Positions 7,650 through 16,639 of a DNA stretch of 64,000 bases are shown one piece after another; position 1 is the stretch's first letter, and every line of letters starts with the position of its first letter. Origin of the DNA: Candidatus Kaiserbacteria bacterium (lineage in GTDB: Bacteria > Patescibacteriota > Minisyncoccia > Phycocordibacterales > UBA2100); the NCBI GenBank assembly GCA_028286865.1, contig JAQBQU010000017.1, positions 14,395 to 78,394 of the forward strand, given 5' to 3'. The notes beneath the pieces were generated by a model. It had not been told where the DNA came from and did not search any database. It worked only from the letters and a program-made list of their open reading frames with translations. The position numbers and the translations under genes were made by a program.

Positions 7650-9374
7650 ATGCGGAGTATGAGAAGCACTCTGATACTCCGTGCCCGCATTTTGTGCGGC
7701 TTCTTTATTTGTGCGGCGATCCTGCTCGTCGTCCGACTCTACTTCGTGCAGATCGTGCACGGCGAGGAATATACGAAAGACGCGACGGGCCAATATACCG
7801 AATTCGCGCCCGACACCGCGGCGCGCGGAGATATCTATTTTACGACCAAGGACGGCACCCCCGTAGCGGCGGCCGTGATGCAATCCGGATGGCGCATTGC
7901 CATCACCCCGAAGATGATCACGGATCCCGCGCAGGTCTATACGCAGCTCAATGCCATCACTCCGATCGACCACCAGAAATTCGTCGCGAGTGCGGCCAAA
8001 ACATCAGACCCCTACGAAGAAGTGGCGTTCCGCGTGGACAATGCCGCAGCGCTCAAGATCAAGGCGCTCAAGATCCCGGGGGTGCTTTTGGTGCAGGACG
8101 AATGGCGTAATTACCCGGCCGCAGGTCTTGCCGCGCAGGCCATCGGCTTCGTGGGCTACAAAGGTGACACCAAAGTGGGCGTGTACGGACTCGAGAAGCA
8201 GTGGAACGATACATTGGTCGAGACCTCGTCGGGTCTCTACGTGAATCCCTTCGCGGAAATATTCACCAATCTGCAGGATGTCCTTTCTACCGACCCCGCA
8301 TCTCACGAGGGAAGCATCATCACCTCTATCGAGCCGACGGTGCAGGCCCAGCTCGAAAAGACGCTCGATGATGTGATGCGTACCTACACGCCGAATCTCG
8401 CGGGCGGCATCATCATGGACCCGCATACCGGCGAGATCGTTGCCATCGGTGCTCGTCCGTCGTTCGACCCTAATACGTATAACACCGTTGATGATCCGGC
8501 CGTATTCGACGACCCGCTCGTCGAGGGCCGCTACGAGCTCGGCAGCATTATGAAGCCGCTGACCATGGCGACCGGTATCGATGCCGGTGCCGTGACGGAG
8601 CAGACGACCTACAACGACACCGGATGCATCATGCGGTCGGGCAAAAAAGTGTGTAACTTCGACTTCAAGGCACGCGGCGTGATACCGGTGCAGGAAATTT
8701 TGAATCAATCGCTCAACGTGGGGGCCACCTATGTGGCGGAGACGACCGGGCACGGTGTATTCACAAGCTATATAAAGAAGCTCGGTTTCGGGGAAAAGAC
8801 GGGGGTGGATCTGCCGGGAGAGATCTCGGGCAATATCGCACAGCTTGGCGAGGGCAACGGGCCCGATGTGAATTATGCTGCGGCATCATTCGGGCAGGGC
8901 ATCTCGGTCACACCGATCGAAATGATCCGCGCGCTGGCAACGCTCGCCAACGGCGGGAAGCTCCCAAATCCCCATGTCGTGACGGGAATTCGTTTTGATA
9001 ACGGCGTCACGCGCACTATTCCCACCGCGCCCGAGACACAGGTGTACAAACAGTCGACGACCGACACGCTCACCAACATGCTCACGACCGTGTATGACAA
9101 GGCGCTCCTGAAGGGGGCCATCAAGCTCGACCATTATTCTATCGCGGCGAAAACCGGTACCGCGCAGATCGCGATCCCCGGACAGGGCTATTACACCGAC
9201 CGCTACTTGCACTCGTTCTTCGGATACTTTCCGGCGCACGACCCGCGCTTCATCATCTTCCTCTTTGCGGTCAATCCGCACGGACAGGAATATGCCTCCG
9301 CGACCCTCGCGCGACCCTTCTTCGGCATCGCCCAGTTCATGATAAATTACTACGATATCCCGCCCGATAGGTGA
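7650..9374 (+). CDS. ftsI: penicillin-binding protein transpeptidase (FtsI/PBP3-like, class B)
   Basis: 574 aa with an N-terminal TM anchor and the SxxK (SIMKP), SxN (SLN) and KTG (KTGTA) motifs. Confidence 0.9.
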   Translation: MRSMRSTLILRARILCGFFICAAILLVVRLYFVQIVHGEEYTKDATGQYTEFAPDTAARGDIYFTTKDGTPVAAAVMQSGWRIAITPKMITDPAQVYTQLNAITPIDHQKFVASAAKTSDPYEEVAFRVDNAAALKIKALKIPGVLLVQDEWRNYPAAGLAAQAIGFVGYKGDTKVGVYGLEKQWNDTLVETSSGLYVNPFAEIFTNLQDVLSTDPASHEGSIITSIEPTVQAQLEKTLDDVMRTYTPNLAGGIIMDPHTGEIVAIGARPSFDPNTYNTVDDPAVFDDPLVEGRYELGSIMKPLTMATGIDAGAVTEQTTYNDTGCIMRSGKKVCNFDFKARGVIPVQEILNQSLNVGATYVAETTGHGVFTSYIKKLGFGEKTGVDLPGEISGNIAQLGEGNGPDVNYAAASFGQGISVTPIEMIRALATLANGGKLPNPHVVTGIRFDNGVTRTIPTAPETQVYKQSTTDTLTNMLTTVYDKALLKGAIKLDHYSIAAKTGTAQIAIPGQGYYTDRYLHSFFGYFPAHDPRFIIFLFAVNPHGQEYASATLARPFFGIAQFMINYYDIPPDR

Positions 9375-10666
9375 TCTCCATGCAATTTCTCAAGCAATGC
9401 GTCATTTTGATACTCACGTGGGAAGCGCGCCTGGTGCTGCTTCGACACAAGCCGCGTATCATCGCGGTGACCGGGTCTGTCGGTAAGACGACCACCAAGG
9501 ACGCGATATTCAGCGCGCTCGCCGGTGTTGAGCACGTCCGCAAGAGCGCCAAGAGTTTCAACAGTGATGTCGGTGTACCGCTCACCATACTCGGTCTCGA
9601 CAATGCATGGAGCAATCCGTTCAAATGGCTCATCAATATCTTCAAGGGCGCGCTCGTGATCGTACAGAGCGATTATCCGAAATGGCTCGTGCTCGAAGTG
9701 GGCGCCGACCGACCGGGAGATATCAAGCGCATTGCGCAGTGGCTGCGCCCCGATATTGCGGTCATTACCGGTGTCCCTGAAATACCGGTGCATGTGGAAT
9801 ATTTTAATTCTCCCGAAGATGTGGTGCGCGAGAAGCGCGCGCTGGCGGAGCACCTGAAGCCGGGCGGCAAGCTCATCCTCAACGGCGACGATGCGCGCAT
9901 GCGCGAGATCCACGGCGCATTCCGCGGGTACAGCGTCACCTACGGCATCGAGAACAACAACGAATTTTTCGCATCGCACGAAGAAGTGCTCTACGAGAAC
10001 GGACTGCCCGCAGGCATGCAGTTCCGCGTCGACCACAAAGGCTCATCGGTGCCGGTCTCGGTTTACGGAGCGCTCGGCCGTCCGCGCATCTATGCCGCAC
10101 TTGCGGCCATCGCGGTGGCTGATGTGGTCGGCATCGACACGGTGACTGCCGCGAGTGCACTCGCCGGATGGGAAGCACCGCCGGGTCGTGTGCGTATCAT
10201 CCAAGGTATGAAAGGAAGCATGCTTATCGATGATACGTATAATTCTTCTCCATCCGCGGCGCTTGCGGCACTCGATACACTGCGGGACACGAGAGCGACA
10301 CGTCGCATCGCCGTCCTCGGCGACATGCTCGAGCTCGGCAAATATTCTAAAGAGGCGCACAAGCAAGTGGGCGAGCGAGCGGCATCATGCGCGGATATTC
10401 TGATCACCATCGGATTCCGGGCCCGCGCGATGGCAGAAGGCGCGCTCGACGGCGGTATGCGGGATGAGAGCATCCGGCAATACGAGCGCGACGACTCAGC
10501 CCGCGCGACCGATGAGCTTCTGGCACAGGTGAAAGAAGGCGATGTCATTCTGGTAAAGGGCTCGCAAGGTATGCGTATGGAGCGTATTGTGCGCGCGCTC
10601 ATGAACGACCCCGAGCAGGCGCCCGATCTTCTGGTCCGCATGGACCGCGAGTGGCAATTTAAATGA
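9371..10666 (+). CDS. murF: UDP-MurNAc-tripeptide--D-alanyl-D-alanine ligase MurF (short N-terminal domain)
   Basis: Mur ligase P-loop AVTGSVGKTTTKD appears at residue about 33, and the MurF-type motif NSDVGVPLT is present. It overlaps the ftsI stop by 4 nt. Confidence 0.75.
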   Translation: MISMQFLKQCVILILTWEARLVLLRHKPRIIAVTGSVGKTTTKDAIFSALAGVEHVRKSAKSFNSDVGVPLTILGLDNAWSNPFKWLINIFKGALVIVQSDYPKWLVLEVGADRPGDIKRIAQWLRPDIAVITGVPEIPVHVEYFNSPEDVVREKRALAEHLKPGGKLILNGDDARMREIHGAFRGYSVTYGIENNNEFFASHEEVLYENGLPAGMQFRVDHKGSSVPVSVYGALGRPRIYAALAAIAVADVVGIDTVTAASALAGWEAPPGRVRIIQGMKGSMLIDDTYNSSPSAALAALDTLRDTRATRRIAVLGDMLELGKYSKEAHKQVGERAASCADILITIGFRARAMAEGALDGGMRDESIRQYERDDSARATDELLAQVKEGDVILVKGSQGMRMERIVRALMNDPEQAPDLLVRMDREWQFK

Positions 10667-10687
10667 TCTCCGCATTGTTTAAGGCGA

Positions 10688-10698
10688 GCGTGTATAAT
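10688..10698 (+). promoter_or_regulatory. extended -10 promoter element TGTATAAT
   Basis: TGnTATAAT consensus sits 25 nt upstream of ATG 10723 with GGAGGGAAG between them. Confidence 0.45.
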
Positions 10699-10722
10699 GC
10701 AGACTGAAACGGAGGGAAGAAC

Positions 10723-10890
10723 ATGTATCAGCCGAATGTGCCACGGCGCAGTATTCAGTCGATCGAAGATCGGCGACGCGAACAGTTCCAGGAGGGTCTT
10801 CGTCGGGTGGCTCGCGAGCAAGATGCGGCGAGCCGCAAACGTCCCGCTCGGGCATCTGCCACGCGCAAGAAGCGCGTACGCTCAAACTAG
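10723..10890 (+). CDS. small basic protein (55 aa), hypothetical
   Basis: Not in the ORF track because it is under 60 aa. A strong SD (GGAGGGAAG-N5-ATG) and the extended -10 promoter lie upstream. MYQPNVPRRSIQSIEDRRREQFQEGLRRVAREQDAASRKRPARASATRKKRVRSN. A terminator follows. Confidence 0.5.
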   Translation: MYQPNVPRRSIQSIEDRRREQFQEGLRRVAREQDAASRKRPARASATRKKRVRSN

Positions 10891-10915
10891 CTCATTTATT
10901 TTATGAGCGACAAAA

Positions 10916-10953
10916 TAAAAACGCGGGCCACTAAGCCCGCGTTTTAATTTTTG
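10916..10953. terminator. bidirectional rho-independent terminator (GCGGGC-CACTAA-GCCCGC)
   Basis: An A-run precedes and a T-run follows a 6-bp GC stem. It could serve the small + gene and the convergent purH-like gene. Confidence 0.65.
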
Positions 10954-10961
10954 GTCGTTGC

Positions 10962-11954
10962 CTAATGACGGAAGTGCCGTACCCCTGTCATCACCATGGC
11001 GATGCCGTGCTTGTTGGCCGCCTCAATGACCGCCTCATCCTTCTTTGAGCCGCCGGGCTGAATGACGCAGGTCGCGCCTGCATTGACGACCTCATCCAAG
11101 CCGTCCGCGAAGGGGAAGAACGCATCGGATGCCGCGACAGAGCCGTGAGTGCGCACTTTGAGCTCTTTGGCCGCGCGCCCTGCATCCATAGCCTTTCGTG
11201 CGCCGGTGATCGCGGCATCCACACGGCTGACCTCACCGCCGCCGATGCCGACCGTGGCGCCGCCTTTGGCGTACACGATCGCGTTGGACCTCACATGCTT
11301 TGCGACGGTGAATGCAAAACGCATGTCGGACATCTCGTGCTCTGTCGGCTGCTTGAGCGTGACCACGCGCATCTCGTCGCCGAAGACGATAGAGTCGCGC
11401 GTCTGTGCCACGATCCCGCCGGCGACGCAGGTGTACACGAGCCCGTCCGCTTGCGGAGGTGATATTCCTCCCGCGACCAAAAGGCGGATGTCCGGCTTCT
11501 GCTGCAGTGCACGGATCGCCGCTTCGGATGCATAGGGCGTGATGATGACTTCCACGAAGCCCTCCATCATGATCCTTGCAAGCTTTTCATCGAGCAGACG
11601 GTTGATGGCGATGACGCCGCCGAATGCCGAAAGCGGATCGCAGGTGCGCGCTCGGATGAAGGCGGTCATCTGGTCGGCACTTATTGCTGCGCCGCACGGC
11701 GTTTTGTGCTTCACGATGACGCATGCAGGAGTGCTGAACTCGGCGACGCACTCATATGCAGAGTCGGCATCGGTGATGTTGTTTTGCGACAACTCCTTGC
11801 CTTGCATGACCTTCGAGTTGATGACGCAGAATCGCTTTTCGCCGGTGAGATATATCGCCGCGGACTGATGCGGGTTCTCACCATAGCGGAGCATCTGCTT
11901 GCGCACGAGGCTCAGGTTCAGTGTTTCGGGGAAGATCTTGTCGGCTTGTTCCAT
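10962..11954 (-). CDS. purH: AICAR transformylase domain protein (PurH-like, lacks IMP cyclohydrolase domain)
   Basis: 330 aa with the LRYGENPHQ motif and the PurH C-terminal end ...[11 protein letters not shown]. The start is supported by AGGAAAGCC-ATG. No MGS-like IMPCH domain lies upstream, because the next feature is tRNA-Glu. Confidence 0.75.
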   Translation of the reverse strand: MEQADKIFPETLNLSLVRKQMLRYGENPHQSAAIYLTGEKRFCVINSKVMQGKELSQNNITDADSAYECVAEFSTPACVIVKHKTPCGAAISADQMTAFIRARTCDPLSAFGGVIAINRLLDEKLARIMMEGFVEVIITPYASEAAIRALQQKPDIRLLVAGGISPPQADGLVYTCVAGGIVAQTRDSIVFGDEMRVVTLKQPTEHEMSDMRFAFTVAKHVRSNAIVYAKGGATVGIGGGEVSRVDAAITGARKAMDAGRAAKELKVRTHGSVAASDAFFPFADGLDEVVNAGATCVIQPGGSKKDEAVIEAANKHGIAMVMTGVRHFRH

Positions 11955-12081
11955 GGCTTTCCTCGCCTGGCTGGAGTGAAGGTTCCTTATTGCACTCTAC
12001 CCTCGGCGGCAGGGAATTCAAAACGTGCCTTATCAGCTCTTCCGTTTTGTTGGCTTATACATTACAATCGCTCAGTCAGCA

Positions 12082-12153
12082 GGCCCCATCGTCTATCGGC
12101 TAGGACACATCCTTCTCAAGGATGGAAGCGGGGTTCGATTCCCCGTGGGGTCA
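12082..12153 (+). tRNA. tRNA-Glu (anticodon CTC), 72 nt
   Basis: GGCCCCA-TC-GTCT-ATCGGCTA-GGAC-A-CATCC-TTCTCAA-GGATG-GAAG-CGGGG-TTCGATT-CCCCG-TGGGGTC-A. The TACAAT -10 box lies 15 nt upstream. Confidence 0.85.
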
Positions 12154-12187
12154 AAATTTTAAGCGAAGCGTATTTTGAACCCAAGTA

Positions 12188-12304
12188 GGGTTCGGGGAAC
12201 CCTACGTCGGGGAATCGAAAGACGGAGCAGCTTGGCTGCGAGTCGGGGTCGCGCAAAATTGCAGCTGCAATTTATGTGTGACCGATTCCCCGTGGGGAGA
12301 GAAA
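12188..12304 (+). repeat. tRNA-linked repeat module plus partial duplication of the tRNA-Glu 3' end
   Basis: Perfect 9-bp hairpin GTAGGGTTC-GGG-GAACCCTAC at 12188-12208. Module GGAGCAGCTTGGCTGCGAGTCGGGGTCGCGCAAAATTGCAGCTGCAATTTATGTGTGACC is homologous to 4756-4818. A 15-nt copy of the tRNA 3' end (CGATTCCCCGTGGGG) follows at 12289-12303. Confidence 0.7.
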
Positions 12305-12355
12305 TCGAACTGCAGGAGACACTCGGGAACCGTGTTAGCATAATTTGAAAGAAAT

Positions 12356-12940
12356 ATGCTGCTGTCGCTTTTCTATTTCTCGTTGGTTTGGCTCGCCGCA
12401 ATTTATCTTTTCAACTGTGCTCTAGTTAGAAAGTTCAAGGTTATCCATATCGAAACAGCCCTTCTCTATATCTCCTCGGTAATGCTTTTGGGAGTCTTCG
12501 GAGAAGTATTGATCGACAGCCTTTATAAAGCTGTCTTTAAAATCCCGCTATGGGAATATCATTTACTTCCCATACACAATGCTTTTACTTCTTACTACTC
12601 ATTGTTCATATGGGGCATGTATGGATTTCACCTTTACCTTCTACATCACAGTTTGAATGGGCGAATACGTACAGGATGGGGCTTGGCAGCAATCGTAACT
12701 GCGGAAGCAATTGTGCTCGAAGTCCTTTTCAATCTCACGTCTTTGGCAGTGTTTCATCAATATATTTTCTATTATCTACCGAACGACCTCTGGCACATAA
12801 CCTCAGTACAAGTTATGCCAGTGTACTTCTTGGCAGGATTTCTTGTGGTGAGATTGACCAGAAGTGCCAAAGTTGACCCATGGTTCTTTACATTAACTAA
12901 CGCGGTCCTCGTGTTCGTGTTAGTTTTCCTAACCTCATAA
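12356..12940 (+). CDS. polytopic membrane protein (194 aa) in a low-GC islet
   Basis: About 40% GC against about 58% in the flanks, with 5-6 predicted TM helices. It is flanked by tRNA-3'-end-like repeats at 12289-12303 and 13000-13018. Confidence 0.6.
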   Translation: MLLSLFYFSLVWLAAIYLFNCALVRKFKVIHIETALLYISSVMLLGVFGEVLIDSLYKAVFKIPLWEYHLLPIHNAFTSYYSLFIWGMYGFHLYLLHHSLNGRIRTGWGLAAIVTAEAIVLEVLFNLTSLAVFHQYIFYYLPNDLWHITSVQVMPVYFLAGFLVVRLTRSAKVDPWFFTLTNAVLVFVLVFLTS

Positions 12941-13057
12941 CCTGGTCTCAACTATCTTCCCAAGCTCCTGCCATTGATACAGTTCCGTCAACAATTGGTT
13001 CCAATTCCATCCCCGTGGGAGCTCGTGCCCGTAGCGAAAATGCTAAAATAGCTCTAT

Positions 13058-13416
13058 ATGAAAGACGAGAGAAACCACCGCATCTATACAATGAGTGTCG
13101 CGAGAGTCTATCCGCTTTATATAAAAAGGTAGAGAAAAAGGGGCGCACCAAGAAAGAGGTGGATACCGTCATTAAGTGGCTGACAGGCTATACCCAAAAA
13201 GAATTGGGGGCGGAATTAAAAAAAGAGACGGACTTCGAGACATTCTTTGCGAATGCGCCCCATATGAATCCCGCGCGGCGATTGGTGACCGGCGTTGTCT
13301 GTGGCGTAAGAGTGGAAGACATCAAGGAGCCCACCATGCAGGCAATTCGCTATATGGATAAGTTGGTGGATGAGATCGCAAAGGGAAAGGCGATGGAGAA
13401 GATACTGCGTGAGTAA
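13058..13416 (+). pseudogene. DUF2200-family protein gene interrupted by a 1-nt frameshift in an A5 run (about 13127-13131)
   Basis: Frame A encodes [24 protein letters not shown] and frame B continues [23 protein letters not shown]...[43 protein letters not shown]. Joined, they match the DUF2200 consensus (IYxMSFAxVYPLYVxKxEKKGRTKEEVxxVIxWLTGY). One extra A in ataaaaagg restores the frame. Confidence 0.55.
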
Positions 13417-13448
13417 CGACCCGATATTTTCAGGTATACAATAGCCAT

Positions 13449-14327
13449 ATGTCGTTCAGTTTTGAACACGGCCGTCATGTGGCACAGCAGAGGAGGTCAG
13501 AAGGCATTCCTGCTCAAAAAGAGGGAAATAATGATGTAGAGACATTGCGGGCGCACAAAAAAGCCAAGAAAATATTAGAAAGCCCGGTATACAAAGTGTC
13601 TCCGAACGAGTTCGTGAAAAAATACGGCAAAGAGGTGGTCGATAGTGATACCGCCTTCGCGCAAGCGAAGCGTCAGGAATTTGAAGCCAGTGACACCGAG
13701 CGGCAGAAAGAGGCGTACGTACTCGCGGAAATATTCGAGGCGATACTCCTCACCGAAGGCCAGGAATCAAAATGGCTCGGTGACGACGTGAAGATACTGA
13801 AAGCATCGGATTATGACGACATCAGAAATCGAGTAGATCTCATCGCGGAGTGGCGCGGACAGGACGCTCACACACTTGGTCTTGCGGTCGACGTCACGTT
13901 CGGTCCGACGACGCTTGAGAAGAAATTCCAGCATATTCAGGATGATGTCGATAAAGGACGTCTGGGTCGGCTGAAATACGCACACAGCGAGCAGACGAGC
14001 GTACCGCGTGTCGTGATCGGTATGAGCAAGGAGACCGTGAAGGAACTCATGAGCCTCTGGCTCGAAGAAGATATCGGGGCACTCGCGGAACATCCTATAC
14101 AGCGCGTACTTCTTGAGCAGATATTCTCTCAGCTGCAGACGATATCGCGATACGCGCGGGCCAACGGCAATGCACACATCGCCGATGCGTATGAGCGGTC
14201 ACTCGCGCCCATCAGAAGACTTTTGAGTACCAAGATGTCGATCCCACTCGATACCATGCAAAGTGATTCTGTCTCGCTCGGCATAGCGCAGCAGCTTGAG
14301 AAGCGATTTACCACTTTAAAACGATAG
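13449..14327 (+). CDS. hypothetical protein (292 aa)
   Basis: Long GC3-biased ORF with no recognisable motif. Confidence 0.5.
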   Translation: MSFSFEHGRHVAQQRRSEGIPAQKEGNNDVETLRAHKKAKKILESPVYKVSPNEFVKKYGKEVVDSDTAFAQAKRQEFEASDTERQKEAYVLAEIFEAILLTEGQESKWLGDDVKILKASDYDDIRNRVDLIAEWRGQDAHTLGLAVDVTFGPTTLEKKFQHIQDDVDKGRLGRLKYAHSEQTSVPRVVIGMSKETVKELMSLWLEEDIGALAEHPIQRVLLEQIFSQLQTISRYARANGNAHIADAYERSLAPIRRLLSTKMSIPLDTMQSDSVSLGIAQQLEKRFTTLKR

Positions 14328-14433
14328 GCGCAAAAAAATTCGAGCACTCGATTTTAGAGTATCCATAAGGTCAGAATAAAAAAGAAATCGTCCAACCAAG
14401 TGAATCGATTGAACGACTCCTTTTGTTGAACGA

Positions 14434-15033
14434 TTAGTTGCTCGTGGCGGGCTCGCGGCGAAGATCAAGCGATCTGATCACGTCGAGGGCGCGGTTGAAC
14501 CGGTCGCGATCTTGTTTGTAGATCGCCATAATAGCGAAGGACGGAACTCCGGCCCAGAAGAGCATCAGCATGCTGGCGACACCGTAGCCGCCGCTTGCTA
14601 AATAGTATCCGAGCAAGCCGAAGGCTGCGAACCCGAGACACATAACCCACAGCCCGCTTACTGGAAGCTCCATCGTCGAGCCCGCGTCCTCGTGCTCTGC
14701 CTTTTCTTGTGCGGTGGCAGAATCGGACACCTTGAGCTCCCAGCATTCTAAAATGCCGGAGCGCTCATGGCTGTTGTAGATCATGCGTTCGACCCAGTGC
14801 GGATAGGTCGAAGTCGAAAACCACAACACCCAGAAATTTGCATTCGTACCGATGTTCTGAGCCTCGACAAGTGTTTTGGGGAGAGCAAGGGAGTAATCCC
14901 CATCGACGAGCTTTTGACCGTCGAAGGTAAATTCATCCCCGGGCTTTGCATCCAAAAGCTGCTTCGCTCCCGGCCCCTTTTTTACGAGAGCCAAGTCGTA
15001 GCGCCGCTTGTAGCGTCCCTGATGGGTGGTCAT
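14434..15033 (-). CDS. hypothetical membrane protein (199 aa; soluble N-domain + 2-3 C-terminal TM helices)
   Basis: GC3-biased ORF with C-terminal hydrophobic segments (LWVMCLGFAAFGLLGYYLA; MLMLFWAGVPSFAIMAIY). Confidence 0.5.
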   Translation of the reverse strand: MTTHQGRYKRRYDLALVKKGPGAKQLLDAKPGDEFTFDGQKLVDGDYSLALPKTLVEAQNIGTNANFWVLWFSTSTYPHWVERMIYNSHERSGILECWELKVSDSATAQEKAEHEDAGSTMELPVSGLWVMCLGFAAFGLLGYYLASGGYGVASMLMLFWAGVPSFAIMAIYKQDRDRFNRALDVIRSLDLRREPATSN

Positions 15034-15253
15034 ACGACCCTCCGTTTTCGAAGAACGAGCTGGAAAGGGAGCTCACCCTCTTATCCGGCATACACCGGAC
15101 GTCCTGTTCTTATGAACAGAATTCCACTCCTGATTATATGCTTGAACAACAAATTTGTCAATTAGTCAAGTTTCGAGTCATCCTTTCCATAGACGATATT
15201 GAATTCTAATGGATCTCATATCGATACTTAGTAGTAAATGGTAATCTTTTCCC

Positions 15254-15841
15254 ATGGATCTGAAGATCGTCCTCGGAACGATCGCGGCACTGCTCGCGTT
15301 CTTCAGCTCGTATTTGTACATTCTCGATATCTTCCGAGGCAACACCAAGCCACACACCTATACCTGGCTTATCTGGGCGATCGTCACGATGATCGCGTTC
15401 CTCGGACAATGGGTTTCCGGCGGCGGACCCGGCTCGTGGGCAACAGGAGTGTCGGCGCTTCTCACCACTTTTATATTGTTACTTTCGCTCAAGGGTGGCT
15501 ACGGCACGAAAGACATCACCAATTTCGATAAGGTCTGTCTCGCCCTTGCCTTGATCGCGATCCTGCCGTGGCTCTTAGCAAAGAGCGTCTTGTGGTCGGT
15601 CATACTTGCGACCGCGATCGATCTCATCGCGTTCTTCCCGACGATGCGGAAGACCTGGCATGCGCCACGCAGCGAGTCTCTCGGATCGATGTATGTCGAC
15701 AGCGTGAAGCACTCATTGTCGATGTTCTCCATGAACAGTTATTCTTTGATCAATCTCATCTATCCCGCCTCGGTGCTACTGACAAAATTCATAATAATTG
15801 TTGAGATCGTCTATCTGCGAGCGATACGCAAGACCCGGTAG
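15254..15841 (+). CDS. hypothetical polytopic membrane protein (195 aa)
   Basis: 5-6 TM helices, lying in a lower-GC (about 48-50%) segment at 15.2-16.6 kb. Confidence 0.5.
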   Translation: MDLKIVLGTIAALLAFFSSYLYILDIFRGNTKPHTYTWLIWAIVTMIAFLGQWVSGGGPGSWATGVSALLTTFILLLSLKGGYGTKDITNFDKVCLALALIAILPWLLAKSVLWSVILATAIDLIAFFPTMRKTWHAPRSESLGSMYVDSVKHSLSMFSMNSYSLINLIYPASVLLTKFIIIVEIVYLRAIRKTR

Positions 15842-15845
15842 CGGT

Positions 15846-16355
15846 ATGACCTCTGCGAGTGCGGTACTTTTATCGCTCGCGGCATACCTCTTCTTTTGTA
15901 AGCTCTGGCCCTTCGTTTTCTATCCCAACTATCTCCGAAAAGCGAAGATCGAAACGTATCCGGAATTAACGGAACTGGCAGCACGCTTGAAGGGGAGCGA
16001 CAGAGTAGAGACCTTGAGAAGCGCGTATGCATATATGCAGGACACCTACACGGGATACCGCGAGATCTGGCGCATTAAGAATTTGCGTACGCTGATACGG
16101 ATCGGCGACTTCTCTACCGAGAAGATATTGAGCCGGAAACAATTCCTCTGGTGTCATACGCAGAACAGACTACTCAAGTCCATCCTGGTACATACCGGAG
16201 ACTTTACGGAAAAGGAGATCGTGATCAAAAGGGTATTTGACAGATCGTTCTTCATACATCAATGGCTGTCGGTACAGGCAAACAAGCATATATATACCGT
16301 TGATCCGCACTGCGGGATCTTTGAAGAGCATCATGAGGCATTCATAAATGCTTAA
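15846..16355 (+). CDS. membrane-anchored transglutaminase-like (papain-fold Cys-His-Asp) protein
   Basis: N-terminal TM helix, then FLWCHTQNRLL ... FIHQWLSVQ ... YTVDPHCG, matching the TGase-like core (G.C...A / HAW.EV / DPT). A start at 15798 is an alternative. Confidence 0.5.
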   Translation: MTSASAVLLSLAAYLFFCKLWPFVFYPNYLRKAKIETYPELTELAARLKGSDRVETLRSAYAYMQDTYTGYREIWRIKNLRTLIRIGDFSTEKILSRKQFLWCHTQNRLLKSILVHTGDFTEKEIVIKRVFDRSFFIHQWLSVQANKHIYTVDPHCGIFEEHHEAFINA

Positions 16356-16438
16356 CGATTGCTTCATTCGCGTATTGATATTTTGCATACAAGGTCGATT
16401 TTATTTTGTGCACGTTTAATTCAATAAACAAAAAACAT

Positions 16439-16585
16439 ATGACATCGAATAATAAAGACAATCAGAAGAATCAGAACCAGAATCGCGATCAGGGTGCGCA
16501 GGGCCAGGGTCAGGACAATAACCAGAACTCGAGCAAGAATCAGCAGGATTCAACGCGCGATTCGCAGGATCGAGACAATCAATAG
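16439..16585 (+). CDS. possible micro-ORF encoding a 48-aa Q/N/D-rich low-complexity peptide
   Basis: MTSNNKDNQKNQNQNRDQGAQGQGQDNNQNSSKNQQDSTRDSQDRDNQ. There is no SD. A strong hairpin (GACGCCGGCGA-GCGA-TCGCCGGTGTC) follows at 16597-16626. Confidence 0.25.
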   Translation: MTSNNKDNQKNQNQNRDQGAQGQGQDNNQNSSKNQQDSTRDSQDRDNQ

Positions 16586-16639
16586 CGGATCACAAGACGC
16601 CGGCGAGCGATCGCCGGTGTCTTATGACTGCGTATCTCT

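Noticed and set aside
8004-8753. 249-aa antisense ORF inside ftsI, and similar long antisense or alternative-frame ORFs (9350..10036, 10090..10821, 18509..19540, 20940..21980, 34931..35677, 36899..37627, 40470..41186, 58552..59364).
   Set aside because: They fully overlap well-supported conserved genes on the opposite strand. Long stop-free antisense frames are expected at about 60% GC. None has a recognisable motif or RBS.
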